Below, piece after piece: positions 18,147 to 27,697 of a DNA stretch of 64,000 bases. Location of the stretch: assembly GCA_044229845.1 (NCBI GenBank), contig JBGASG010000013.1:31849-95848 (forward strand), given 5' to 3'. The notes below the pieces were generated by a model that was not told the DNA's origin, did not search any database, and saw nothing but the letters and a program-made list of their open reading frames with translations. The DNA comes from Candidatus Obscuribacteraceae bacterium. GTDB taxonomy: Bacteria > Cyanobacteriota > Vampirovibrionia > Obscuribacterales > Obscuribacteraceae. The translations under genes were made by a program, and so were the position numbers. Each line of letters starts with the position of its first letter. Position 1 is the first letter of the stretch.

Positions 18147-18965
18147 ATGGTGCAATCGCAAGTGCAAGTGCCGATAAAGGGCAGTCAGGAGCTGCAGTTC
18201 GCAGTAGCAGTAGCCGAAAGAGCTGGTGCGGTAGCGCTCGAGCACTTTCAAGAAGGCATCGAGGCCACTTACAAAAGCGATGACACTCCTGTCACCAAGG
18301 CTGACCGAGAGTGCGAGCGCTTGATTCGGGAAGCGATTGCCGAGACCTTTCCGGATGACGACATATTGGGAGAGGAAGAGGGTGAGTCAGTAGCCCATCA
18401 GGGTCATACGGGTCGCCGCAAGTGGATTATCGACCCCATCGACGGTACTTATAACTACATGCGAGCGGTGCCCATTTTTTCGACGCTTCTGGCCTTCGAG
18501 CAGGACGGAGAAGTGCGGATCGGCGTTGTGGTGGCGCCCGGCATGCAAGAGGTGTATTACGCCGAGCGGGGCAATGGCGCCTTCCGTAACGGCAAGCCTA
18601 TCCGTGTGTCAGCAATTTCCGATGTCAGCCGTTCTCAGTTTGGCTTCGGAGCACCCTCGCGCATCCTCCGGGATGGACTGTGGGAGGGTCTGGGGCGCAT
18701 TGTCCAGGCAACCTATCGACAACGTGCCTTCGGCGATTACCTGGGCTTCGCCCACGTCTTCGACGGGCGCGCCGAAGCCCATCTGGAGCTCGGATTGAAA
18801 GTCTGGGACGTGGCACCCATGCAAGTCATCGTCGAAGAGGCAGGCGGCCGCTATTGCGACCTGGAAGGCGGGCGGGACATCTATCGCGGCAGCTGCTTGA
18901 TCTCCAATGGACTCGTCCACGATCAACTGATGCGCCTTCTGCTGGGGGCTGACGACGAAGACTAG
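18147..18965 (+). CDS. Inositol monophosphatase family protein (possible HisN histidinol-phosphatase)
   Basis: PVTKADRECE, ILGEEEG, WIIDPIDGT, WDVAP..IVEEAGG. Confidence 0.88.
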   Translation: MVQSQVQVPIKGSQELQFAVAVAERAGAVALEHFQEGIEATYKSDDTPVTKADRECERLIREAIAETFPDDDILGEEEGESVAHQGHTGRRKWIIDPIDGTYNYMRAVPIFSTLLAFEQDGEVRIGVVVAPGMQEVYYAERGNGAFRNGKPIRVSAISDVSRSQFGFGAPSRILRDGLWEGLGRIVQATYRQRAFGDYLGFAHVFDGRAEAHLELGLKVWDVAPMQVIVEEAGGRYCDLEGGRDIYRGSCLISNGLVHDQLMRLLLGADDED

Positions 18966-19102
18966 AGACGCAATGCGCCGATCACACAACAATCACAGAG
19001 GTTGCCGGCACCTCGCGAAGTCAAGGTAGGGTTTCATTCGGCATAATTGTTCTGGTAGATTCTGATAACTAGGAACGTTTCGCAAATTCAAAGGGATCTC
19101 TT

Positions 19103-19810
19103 TTGGCCAAGATTTTGATTGTTGAAGACGAGAAAGACCTGGCGACACTGATCTCGGATCGCCTGACACTCGAACATCACCTTGTCGAAGTCGCCCACGA
19201 CGGCACCAGCGCGCTGGAGAAGTTGAAAGCCAGCATTTACGACGTCATCGTCCTCGACTGGATGCTGCCTGAGGTTTCAGGCATCGACGTCTGCCGGCTC
19301 TATCGAGCTCAGGGCGGCAATGCCGGCATCATCATGCTGACAGCCAAAGAATCAATCAGCGACAAAGAAGTAGGATTCTCGGCCGGCGCCGACGACTACA
19401 TGACCAAGCCTTTTGAACTAAAAGAACTGGCCATGCGAGTCAAGGCCCAGTTGCGACGCGCCGAAACGACTACTCACACCTCCTTCCACATCTACGACAT
19501 TCAGATCGATATTGAAGAACATCGCGTTACCAGAGACGGCAAGGAAGTCTACTTGATGCCCAAAGAATTCCGGCTCTTAGAATTCTTCGTGCGTCATCCG
19601 CAACGCGTTTTTTCCTCTGAAGAACTCTTGTCTGCAGTCTGGGAAAGCGAAAGCTATGCAGGCAACGATACGGTTCGCGGTCACATCACTCGCTTGCGCA
19701 AGAAACTCGATTCGCCCGGTCGCGAATCAATTATTACCACCGTCCATGGTGTCGGTTACAAATTAGGATTGGACAGTGCTCACCCGAATGCGAGCCAAGC
19801 TCGCGCTTAA
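19103..19810 (+). CDS. OmpR-family response regulator
   Basis: ILIVEDE, VLDWMLP, MLTAK, GADDYMTKPF, wHTH ending TVHGVGYK. Confidence 0.95.
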   Translation: MAKILIVEDEKDLATLISDRLTLEHHLVEVAHDGTSALEKLKASIYDVIVLDWMLPEVSGIDVCRLYRAQGGNAGIIMLTAKESISDKEVGFSAGADDYMTKPFELKELAMRVKAQLRRAETTTHTSFHIYDIQIDIEEHRVTRDGKEVYLMPKEFRLLEFFVRHPQRVFSSEELLSAVWESESYAGNDTVRGHITRLRKKLDSPGRESIITTVHGVGYKLGLDSAHPNASQARA

Positions 19811-20999
19811 CTTCGCCTACCTCGTCCTCTGTCTCTACGCCATAGCCGGTCTGGCTTCGCTCGCCATGTTCTACCACGGCATGACGCGCGCGACCGAATC
19901 ACTGCTCTTCAACTCGCTGGCTGAAATACGTCCGGCAGTCAAAGTCGTCGAACAGCACGCGTCTCTCAAGGAGTGGGCGGCAGCGGCCAGTTCTGAAGAT
20001 CTGCCAGTGCTGGCCACTGTGCAGGTGTTCGATCCGAAAAACAACCTGATCGAACACTACGGTCCCGACGGCGCACCACGCCTGGGCACGGGACATCTAA
20101 CCACCAAGACTGTCTCGGTTCGTTCGGCCAATCAAAGAATCATTCACGAGGGCGTGAACTACGGCACTCTGCAGGTGCAGGTTTCCACGGCTCAGGACGA
20201 TCGAGCGATTGCCGAATTGGCATTTGCGATCTGCATCGGGATTCCGATCATCGCCGCCCTGGTTTCTCTAGGAGGATACTTCTTCGCCGGTCAGGCTCTG
20301 CAGCCAGTGGAGACCACCATGGACCTGTTGCGCCGTTTCGTAGCTGACGCCGGACATGAATTGAAAACACCGATTTCGATCATTGAAGCGTGCATTGAGA
20401 CGCTTCAGGACATGCATCAGAAAGAAGGACTTCCGGATACCCAGATTCAGATGCTGCGCTCGGCAAGCACGCGCATGCGCGAACTGACGGCAGACCTGAT
20501 GTTTCTCGCCAAAGTCGAAGATCCAATGTACGCCTTCGACAAGAGACACATCGCCCTCGATCACCTGGTGGCATCGGTGGTGGACGAGTACAAACCGCTG
20601 GCCGAAACCAGCCATGTTTCGCTGGATGTGAGCACCGACGAGAAGGTGACGATCTACGCCGAGCCGGAGGCTTTCCGGCAATTGATGAGCAACTTGATCA
20701 GCAACGCCGTCAAGTACACCGACACCGGGGGCAGTGTCAAAGTCGGGCTCAGTAAAGATGGCATTCACGCGGTGATCACCGTCACCGATACGGGCATCGG
20801 CATTCCCCAAAACAGCCTGCCGAACATATTCGACCGCTTCTACCGAGTCGATAAATCTCGCTCGCGTGAAGCAGGCGGAGTCGGACTGGGTCTATCGATT
20901 GTGAAGGCGGTTGCAGAAGCACACGGCTCGCTGGTGATCGTCAACAGCGAGGTGGGAAAAGGCACGACCTTCACTGTTACTGTGCCGCTCTCGCAGTAG
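19776..20999 (+). CDS. Sensor histidine kinase
   Basis: Two TMs; H-box FVADAGHELKTP; NLISNAVKY; DTGIGI; FDRFYRVDKSR; GLGLSI. Confidence 0.93.
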   Translation: MLTRMRAKLALNFAYLVLCLYAIAGLASLAMFYHGMTRATESLLFNSLAEIRPAVKVVEQHASLKEWAAAASSEDLPVLATVQVFDPKNNLIEHYGPDGAPRLGTGHLTTKTVSVRSANQRIIHEGVNYGTLQVQVSTAQDDRAIAELAFAICIGIPIIAALVSLGGYFFAGQALQPVETTMDLLRRFVADAGHELKTPISIIEACIETLQDMHQKEGLPDTQIQMLRSASTRMRELTADLMFLAKVEDPMYAFDKRHIALDHLVASVVDEYKPLAETSHVSLDVSTDEKVTIYAEPEAFRQLMSNLISNAVKYTDTGGSVKVGLSKDGIHAVITVTDTGIGIPQNSLPNIFDRFYRVDKSRSREAGGVGLGLSIVKAVAEAHGSLVIVNSEVGKGTTFTVTVPLSQ

Positions 21000-21247
21000 T
21001 AACCCTGAAGTGGGCGCCAGAGCCCGCTTACAGGGGGATCTTACGTATCACAAATCGTCACGATGGCGCTCAGAGCCTGAGCCGATCACAAATCTAGCAC
21101 ATCGTAGGTCTATCTTTGATTCAAGCAATCAAGCGCTTCTCGAGCATTGATACACGAAAAGCATGGATACCGCCAACCGATATAGCCGACTGACCGCAGA
21201 TTGCGGATGTTTTGTCGGCATGTTCGTCCTTTTGAGGTCTTGTCTGA

Positions 21248-22942
21248 ATGAGTCAAACAACAGCCAACAACCCAGCCGTCGACACTAAGCCGACCGACGG
21301 CAACGAAATTCACCTCAGAGCTTCTGGAATGAACTCACAGACAACTCGGACACCCAAAGACTATCTGCCAGGACTTTTGCAGAACTGGCAATCGGACATC
21401 GTCTCCGGACTGATCATTTTTCTGATTGCTCTGCCTCTTTGTCTGGGCATCTCAATCGCATCAGGGGTGCCACCAATGGCCGGCATCATTGCGGCCGTTG
21501 TAGGCGGCATTGTTGTTTCTCAGATCAACGGCTCTTATGTCACCATCAATGGACCAGCTGCCGGGCTGATTGTCGTGATTCTCGGTTCGGTAGACCGCCT
21601 CGGGGGCGGCGATGTGGGATACCACGCGACGCTGGCCGCAGTTGTCGTATCCGGCATCCTGCTTTTCCTGTCCGGCATTTTCAAAGCCGGAGCGCTCGGC
21701 GACTTCTTTCCATCGACTGTCGTGCACGGCATGCTGGCATCGATCGGGATCATCATCATGAGCAAACAGTTGCCCTTCGTGCTTGGGGTCAAGCCTCCCG
21801 CCAAAGAGCCGCTGGAGCTGATCGCCAAGATTCCCGAGATGTTTGCCAACGCCAACCCCGAGATAGCCATCATCGGCATAATGAGCTTGCTGATCCTGGT
21901 CATGCATGCATCGATTTCCAACAAAGCGTTAAAGCGCATTCCGGCACCGATTGTTGTCGTACTGATCGCAATCTTTCTGGGCGGCTACTTCGACCTCAGT
22001 CACGCGCACCGCGACATGATCGCCGGGCATGCCGTCGAGCTGACACCGAAGTTTCTCGTCACGCTGCCGTCCAACTTAAAAGACGCCATCCAATTCCCGG
22101 ATTTCTCGCATGCACTGTCTTATGCCTTCATGCTCTCGGTGGTCTCAATCACCCTGGTCCAGGGCATTGAGACTCTGCTCAGCTGCGCCGCAGTAGATAA
22201 GCTCGACCCATACCGCCGCCACGCCAACTTGAGCCGCGACGTCGGTGCTGTCGGACTGGGCAGCGCCATCTCAGCCGCCATTGGCGGTTTGCCCATGATT
22301 GCTGAGATCGTCAGAAGCACAGCCAACGTGGCCAATGGTGCCAAGACGCGCTGGTCGAATTTCTTCCATGGCTGCTTCATGCTGGCGGCGATTTTGTTCT
22401 GTGCGTCCTACATCAACCAGATTCCACTGGCCGCACTGGCTGCACTATTGGTGTTCACCGGCTTCCGACTGGCTTCGCCCAAGGTCTTCAAAGAAGCCTA
22501 TCAAATAGGAGCCGAGCAACTGTTCATCTTCGTCACCACCATCATCGCGACTTTGATGACTGATCTTTTGATTGGCGTCGCCGTCGGCATCGCTACCAAA
22601 TTCGCTCTGCACACCATGCGTGGCGTGCCGGTTCGCTCGTTGTTCAAATCTCACGTCAATGTCAAAGACCTGGGCGACAACAAATTGCTCGTCGAAGTGG
22701 AAGATTCAGCCATCTTCTCCAACTTCATCTCGCTGAAGCGACAACTGGAAAAACTTGGTGCCGGCAAGAACATGACTGTCGATCTCAGTCGGTGCAAACT
22801 GGTCGACCACACAGTAATGGAGCGCTTGCACGAGTGGGCGGAAGACTATGCGCACAAAGCTGGTCAGACCTGCACCATCATCGGTCTAGACTCGCACAAA
22901 GCTGCTTCCAGCCATCCATTTTCGGCACGCCGCGCCGTGTAG
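21248..22942 (+). CDS. SulP/SLC26 family anion (bicarbonate/sulfate) transporter with STAS-like tail
   Basis: FLIALPLCLGISIASG, INGPAAGL, GGLPMIAEIVRS, IPLAALAALL. Confidence 0.92.
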   Translation: MSQTTANNPAVDTKPTDGNEIHLRASGMNSQTTRTPKDYLPGLLQNWQSDIVSGLIIFLIALPLCLGISIASGVPPMAGIIAAVVGGIVVSQINGSYVTINGPAAGLIVVILGSVDRLGGGDVGYHATLAAVVVSGILLFLSGIFKAGALGDFFPSTVVHGMLASIGIIIMSKQLPFVLGVKPPAKEPLELIAKIPEMFANANPEIAIIGIMSLLILVMHASISNKALKRIPAPIVVVLIAIFLGGYFDLSHAHRDMIAGHAVELTPKFLVTLPSNLKDAIQFPDFSHALSYAFMLSVVSITLVQGIETLLSCAAVDKLDPYRRHANLSRDVGAVGLGSAISAAIGGLPMIAEIVRSTANVANGAKTRWSNFFHGCFMLAAILFCASYINQIPLAALAALLVFTGFRLASPKVFKEAYQIGAEQLFIFVTTIIATLMTDLLIGVAVGIATKFALHTMRGVPVRSLFKSHVNVKDLGDNKLLVEVEDSAIFSNFISLKRQLEKLGAGKNMTVDLSRCKLVDHTVMERLHEWAEDYAHKAGQTCTIIGLDSHKAASSHPFSARRAV

Positions 22943-22969
22943 AATTGGGATTCTTTCAGGAATACGGCT

Positions 22970-23890
22970 GTGAATATAGTTCTTGCTGTTGATAACTCGC
23001 CCCATTCTCAGGTCGCGATCGATGTGGTTTTGAACCGCGTCTGGCCGGAAGGTTCCACCTTAAAGGTATTTAGCGCAGTCGAAAAACGCGAACACGTTTT
23101 CGCCGTCATGAAAAGCGATGAAGCTGAGTCCTTTCAAGGCAAGGCACTGTCCGCCGCCAAGACCTTCACCGAGGACGTGGCCGCCAAGATTCAAGCCAAG
23201 TTTCCCAAGCTGAACGTCACCAGCGAAGCGGCGCTCGGTGACTGCAAAGAACTGATTCTCGACCAGGTCAACTGGCCGGCCGACCTGATCGTTGTTGGAT
23301 CACATGGACGCCAGGGGCTGCCGCGCTTGTTTCTTGGCAGTGTCTCGCAAACGGTGCTGCTCTACTCGCCCGTTTCTACACTTGTAGCCCGCTATCAGCA
23401 CGCGCACGAGGGCGTACCGGAGTTTGACAAGAACATCTTGATTGCGGTCGACGATACTCCACACTCGCGCAATGCCCTCGACTGGGTCGCGAAGATGCCC
23501 TGGCCGAACGACGCCAAGTTCACGCTGCTCTCCGTGCTGCCTGCCATCGTTGATAAGTACTCCGACGGCATCGACGCCCTATATGCCCGCAAGTTTTCCG
23601 GCGAGCGCCTGGAGATCAGACAGTCCGCCCAGAAGTTCCTCGACGCCAGCGCCCGACGGCTGGAAAGCAAAGTAGGTGCCGGCAACGTCAATGTCGACCT
23701 GCGCGAAGGCGACCCCGCCGAGTCGATTCTTTTCGTTGCCGGCAACTGGCCGGCTGGACTGGTCGTCATGGGCTGCAGGTCGCGCGGACAAATGACCCGG
23801 CTTTTTATGGGTAGCGTCTCACAAGAAGTGGTTTTGCAAGCACCGTGCCCCGTCGAGGTGATCAAACGGTTGAGCGATGGGATAATGTGA
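22970..23890 (+). CDS. Tandem universal stress protein
   Basis: Two USP domains: LIVVGSHGRQG..FLGSVSQ and LVVMGCRSRG..FMGSVSQ..APCPV. Confidence 0.92.
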   Translation: MNIVLAVDNSPHSQVAIDVVLNRVWPEGSTLKVFSAVEKREHVFAVMKSDEAESFQGKALSAAKTFTEDVAAKIQAKFPKLNVTSEAALGDCKELILDQVNWPADLIVVGSHGRQGLPRLFLGSVSQTVLLYSPVSTLVARYQHAHEGVPEFDKNILIAVDDTPHSRNALDWVAKMPWPNDAKFTLLSVLPAIVDKYSDGIDALYARKFSGERLEIRQSAQKFLDASARRLESKVGAGNVNVDLREGDPAESILFVAGNWPAGLVVMGCRSRGQMTRLFMGSVSQEVVLQAPCPVEVIKRLSDGIM

Positions 23891-23950
23891 AGTTGCCGGG
23901 AGGCGGTTGCTCCCGACATTCGTCTAGATCCGAGATCCGGTTAGAAGCGC

Positions 23951-26143
23951 GTGCCAGGCAAAATGAAATGGGCCCGTTCCCTTAGAGGGCGGATGACTCT
24001 GGTCATCACCGCTTCCGGACTCTTGCCGATTGCTATTTGTCACTTGATCGTCGCAGGCGTCAATGGTTTCAACCCGCTAGACCTGCTCTGGGACATCCCG
24101 CTCTTACCGATTCTTTTCTTGATCAACTGGTTTCTCACCGGTGCGCTTCTCGGTCCTCTGCGCAATTTGATCGGTTCAACCAATCGCCTGGCGGCCATGG
24201 ACATCAGGCAACGTCTGGAAGTCGATGCCAGCGAACAACAAGAGATGCTGGAGTTACGCCGGGCATTCAACAAGCTCCTGAACCGGCTGGAAGAATCTCT
24301 CAATATTCAATGTCAGTTCGTAGCCGACGCCTCACACGAATTGCGCACGCCCCTCACTTCCATTCAGGGCTATACCAAACTACTACAGCGACGCCGCGGC
24401 GAGATAGACCAGCAGCTGCTCTCCGAAGCCCTGCAAACTATCTCTGACGAATCAGGACGTCTGATTCGCCTCGTATCGGACCTGTTGGCTCTGGCTCGAG
24501 CGGATGCCGGACAGGCCATTATTGCGCAACAAGAAATCATCGACCTGCGGGACGTCTTACAAAGCGTGGAAGACACAGTGACTGTAATTGCTCCCGAACA
24601 GGTGGAAATCCAGTTCATCATTCCGCAGAAGCCTGTCTGGGTCTCCGCCGACGCCGACAAACTGAAGCAGGTTTTTCTCAACCTGACAAACAACGCCATC
24701 AAAGCCACGCAGAGCGGCGGCAAAGTCACAGTGACGCTGAGATCTTCCAACAACCAGGCCATCGTCCGCATTATCGACACCGGAATCGGCATCGCGCCCG
24801 CCGATCAACAGCGCATCTTCGACCGCTTCTATCGGGTGGAACGGTCGCGCACCCGCAGCAAACTCTATGGCGGGGGCACCGGACTGGGCTTAGCCATCGC
24901 GCTGACGATCATTCGCGCTCACGGTGGTACGATCGAATTGGAGAGCGAACTCAATAAAGGTTCTACATTCACCGTGCGATTGCCGATTACCGAAAAGGAA
25001 CCGAGGGAGAAACCGGGCAGAGATCCGCAAGCAGCGGCCGTGGGCATGTTCCTTTTGCTGGCACTACAAATGGTGCCAGGCGTACAAGCCGAAAATGTCG
25101 GCACAGCGAAGAGAAAAATTCAGCAAGGCGGCATTCAACATGACGTCACGACATCGGGCAACGAGGTGGCGCCGGATCAAAGCGGCAGCGCCACCCCGCA
25201 ACAGGCGGGATTGACGCACCAGCAGCAGCAAGATTTGCAGAAGAACACTCTGCAACAGAAAAAGTTCGACGCCACCATCGACATGGGCAACAAGCTTTAC
25301 GCCGCCGGCAAGTATCAAGACTCGATCAAGGTCTATGAAAAAGCAATCGCCATCGACCCTTACGATTGCGTCGCGCACTTCAACCAGGCCATGGCACTCA
25401 TGGAACTGGCCCGCTACAAAGAGGCGATTGACCACTTCAATGAAGCCATTCGACTGGAGCCGAAATTCTTCCTGCCTCGCTTCGAGCGAGGCGTTGCCTA
25501 TATGCGCTCCAGCGAATACGAACGGGCGCTCAATGACTTCACGATCGTTAAACGGCTGAATCCCAAACACATCGACAGCCAATATTATCAAGGTCTGGCT
25601 TTGATCGGACTGAAGCAGAATCAGCCCGGCATACAGGCTTTGCGAGCCGCTGCTGCCGCCGACAACAAGTTTCCTCGCCGTTATCTCTATCAAGGTATGG
25701 CACTGTCGATGCTGAACAGACCTAAAGAAGCGGTCAAGCAATTCGACATTGCCGTCACCAAATCGAAAAACCCTTCGGAAGCACTTGCCGAGCGCGGCAA
25801 GCTTTATGCCAAGGCTGGCAATATCGAAAAAGCAACCGCCGACTTCGATGCGTTGATCAAGCTCAGTCCCGGGCGACCGCTACCCCTGGTGCTGCGCGGT
25901 ATCGCGGCGGCATCTGCCGAGCAGTACGTGCAGGCTTGCGGGTACTTCGACGCAGCGATTGAACTGAGTCCCGACTTTCACCTGGCGTACTACAATCGCG
26001 GATTGGCTTGCATGCAGGCCGGCGACCTGGCAGCCGCCCTCAATGATTTGGAAAAGGCGAAAGAAGTAAATCCAAATTACCAGCCGACGCTGCAAGCACT
26101 CGAACAAGTGCACTCGATGATGAAGGCTCAACAGACCAACTAA
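23951..26143 (+). CDS. HAMP histidine kinase fused in frame to a TPR-repeat protein
   Basis: FVADASHELRTP, NLTNNAIK, DTGIGI, GTGLGLAI; then a signal-peptide-like segment and multiple TPRs. Confidence 0.8.
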   Translation: MPGKMKWARSLRGRMTLVITASGLLPIAICHLIVAGVNGFNPLDLLWDIPLLPILFLINWFLTGALLGPLRNLIGSTNRLAAMDIRQRLEVDASEQQEMLELRRAFNKLLNRLEESLNIQCQFVADASHELRTPLTSIQGYTKLLQRRRGEIDQQLLSEALQTISDESGRLIRLVSDLLALARADAGQAIIAQQEIIDLRDVLQSVEDTVTVIAPEQVEIQFIIPQKPVWVSADADKLKQVFLNLTNNAIKATQSGGKVTVTLRSSNNQAIVRIIDTGIGIAPADQQRIFDRFYRVERSRTRSKLYGGGTGLGLAIALTIIRAHGGTIELESELNKGSTFTVRLPITEKEPREKPGRDPQAAAVGMFLLLALQMVPGVQAENVGTAKRKIQQGGIQHDVTTSGNEVAPDQSGSATPQQAGLTHQQQQDLQKNTLQQKKFDATIDMGNKLYAAGKYQDSIKVYEKAIAIDPYDCVAHFNQAMALMELARYKEAIDHFNEAIRLEPKFFLPRFERGVAYMRSSEYERALNDFTIVKRLNPKHIDSQYYQGLALIGLKQNQPGIQALRAAAAADNKFPRRYLYQGMALSMLNRPKEAVKQFDIAVTKSKNPSEALAERGKLYAKAGNIEKATADFDALIKLSPGRPLPLVLRGIAAASAEQYVQACGYFDAAIELSPDFHLAYYNRGLACMQAGDLAAALNDLEKAKEVNPNYQPTLQALEQVHSMMKAQQTN

Positions 26144-26146
26144 GTC

Positions 26147-26176
26147 AAAGAGAGAGGGCGACCGAAGCCGCCCTCT
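26147..26176 (-). terminator. Terminator of rplY (possibly bidirectional)
   Basis: Minus strand AGAGGGCGGC-TTCG-GTCGCCCTCT with a cUUCGg tetraloop, then CTCTTT. Confidence 0.75.
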
Positions 26177-26199
26177 GATTGCTCTGATTAGCTGCCTTG

Positions 26200-26838
26200 C
26201 TATTCCTTGTCTTTTTCCTTGCTGGCGGCAGCGGGAGCTGCAGCGGCAGGAGCGGCTTCGGCAGCAGCGGCTTTGGTTTCTTCAACCATGGCTTTCTTGG
26301 CCACCACACGGGCAACCAGTTCTTCCGGTGGGTTGAGGACCACGACGCCCTTCGGCAGTTTCAGTTCGGAGAAGTGAATGCCGTGATCGACTTCGACGAT
26401 TGTGGACAGGTCGACTTCGATGAAGTCAGGGATGTCGCCCGGCAAGCATTCGACTTCTGCATCAGCAAAGTTTTCGATCAATTGACCGCCTGCGGCAACC
26501 GCCGGCGATTCGCCGAAGAACTTGAGCGGCACGTTCATGGTCACCTTACGGTCTGCGGCCACACGGTAGAACTCAACGTTCAAGACTTCGTGAGTGGTGT
26601 GCTTGCGCTGCACATGGCGGATGATCGCCTGGACGGTTTTCTTGTCAGGACCGCCTTCCAGCTCGATAATGTGCGAGTAGGCGGCAGCCGGCAGGCGGGT
26701 GAACTCGCGTTCATTTACCTGGACGTTGATTGACGGCGAGCCCGGACCGTAAACGGTGGCGGGGATTTTGCCGTCGCGACGCAGCTGATTGGGCTTCCGC
26801 TCTTCGCGCGTCTCAAGCTTGAGCTTGAACTTTTCCAT
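26200..26838 (-). CDS. rplY: 50S ribosomal protein L25 (CTC/TL5 long form)
   Basis: LRRDGKIPATVYG, VECLPGDIPDFIEVDLS, ELKLPKGV, Ala/Glu/Lys tail. Confidence 0.95.
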   Translation of the reverse strand: MEKFKLKLETREERKPNQLRRDGKIPATVYGPGSPSINVQVNEREFTRLPAAAYSHIIELEGGPDKKTVQAIIRHVQRKHTTHEVLNVEFYRVAADRKVTMNVPLKFFGESPAVAAGGQLIENFADAEVECLPGDIPDFIEVDLSTIVEVDHGIHFSELKLPKGVVVLNPPEELVARVVAKKAMVEETKAAAAEAAPAAAAPAAASKEKDKE

Positions 26839-26910
26839 GAGAACTGACCTCTTTAGACAAAACGGGGAGCCAAGAAGCGAGTTTCCTCGCCTGGCCGCCG
26901 CACTTTCAAT

Positions 26911-26982
26911 CTGGGGCGCAAGGATTCGAACCTCGGAATGCCTGGACCAAAACCAGGTGCCTTACCGCTTGGCGACGCCCCA
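26911..26982 (-). tRNA. trnQ: tRNA-Gln (UUG), CCA not encoded
   Basis: TGGGGCGTCGCCAAGCGGTAAGGCACCTGGTTTTGGTCCAGGCATTCCGAGGTTCGAATCCTTGCGCCCCAG folds as a cloverleaf with anticodon TTG. Confidence 0.97.
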
Positions 26983-27003
26983 GCGCAGCAAACGCAATCA
27001 GGG

Positions 27004-27033
27004 ATTGTATTTAATAACTAAGCGCTGTGTCAA
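27004..27033 (-). promoter_or_regulatory. Sigma-70 promoter for tRNA-Gln/rplY
   Basis: TTGACA-18 nt-TACAAT on the minus strand, about 20 nt upstream of the tRNA. Confidence 0.75.
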
Positions 27034-27079
27034 CTTCACATATATGTCTGTAACTTAGGCTGAGCGCCTGCTTCTGGCT

Positions 27080-27481
27080 TCAGACCGGGTCGCGGCGGGC
27101 GGCCCATTTGGTCAACATGGACTGTAATTCTTTGGCGCTGAAGGGCTTTTCGAGATAATCGTCCAGTCCGGCGGCCATACAACTGTCACGCAGGTCGTCA
27201 GCTAGAAACGCCGACATGGCAACCACCGGAATCGGCGGTCCAGGCAGGACCTCACGCAATTTTTGGGTGCAGATGAGCCCATCGAAGTCCGGCAGCGCGA
27301 TATCCATCAAAACCAGCGTGAATTGATTTTCAGGGCGGCGAGCATGCTCCAGAGCCTCTTGCCCACTGCCGGCCAGAATTACTTTGTAGCCGAATTCCTC
27401 GGCAAGCAGCGCAATCACTTTTTGCTGTGTCTGATTGTCTTCGACAACAAGGATCACAGGCTTTTCCACGGCCGTACTCAC
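27080..27481 (-). CDS. Single-domain response regulator (receiver)
   Basis: ILVVEDN, VLMDIALPDFDG, AMSA, GLDDYLEKPF. Confidence 0.9.
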   Translation of the reverse strand: MSTAVEKPVILVVEDNQTQQKVIALLAEEFGYKVILAGSGQEALEHARRPENQFTLVLMDIALPDFDGLICTQKLREVLPGPPIPVVAMSAFLADDLRDSCMAAGLDDYLEKPFSAKELQSMLTKWAARRDPV

Positions 27482-27697
27482 TCAACCAACTTCGCTAATA
27501 CCAGAAGCAGATTAATACCTCTCTGGCAGGCTGGTAAAGTAGTGCGCGAAACAGCAGTGCAGACGATCTTAGACGTCCTGCGCGCAGATCAAGCGTCAGC
27601 AACTGCTTTCGGCGTTTGCTGTACGTCAACATAAAATTTGTGCCGCTCACCATATATGGTGTCACGTCCATAAGCATATGCCGGTTGAGCCATTGCC

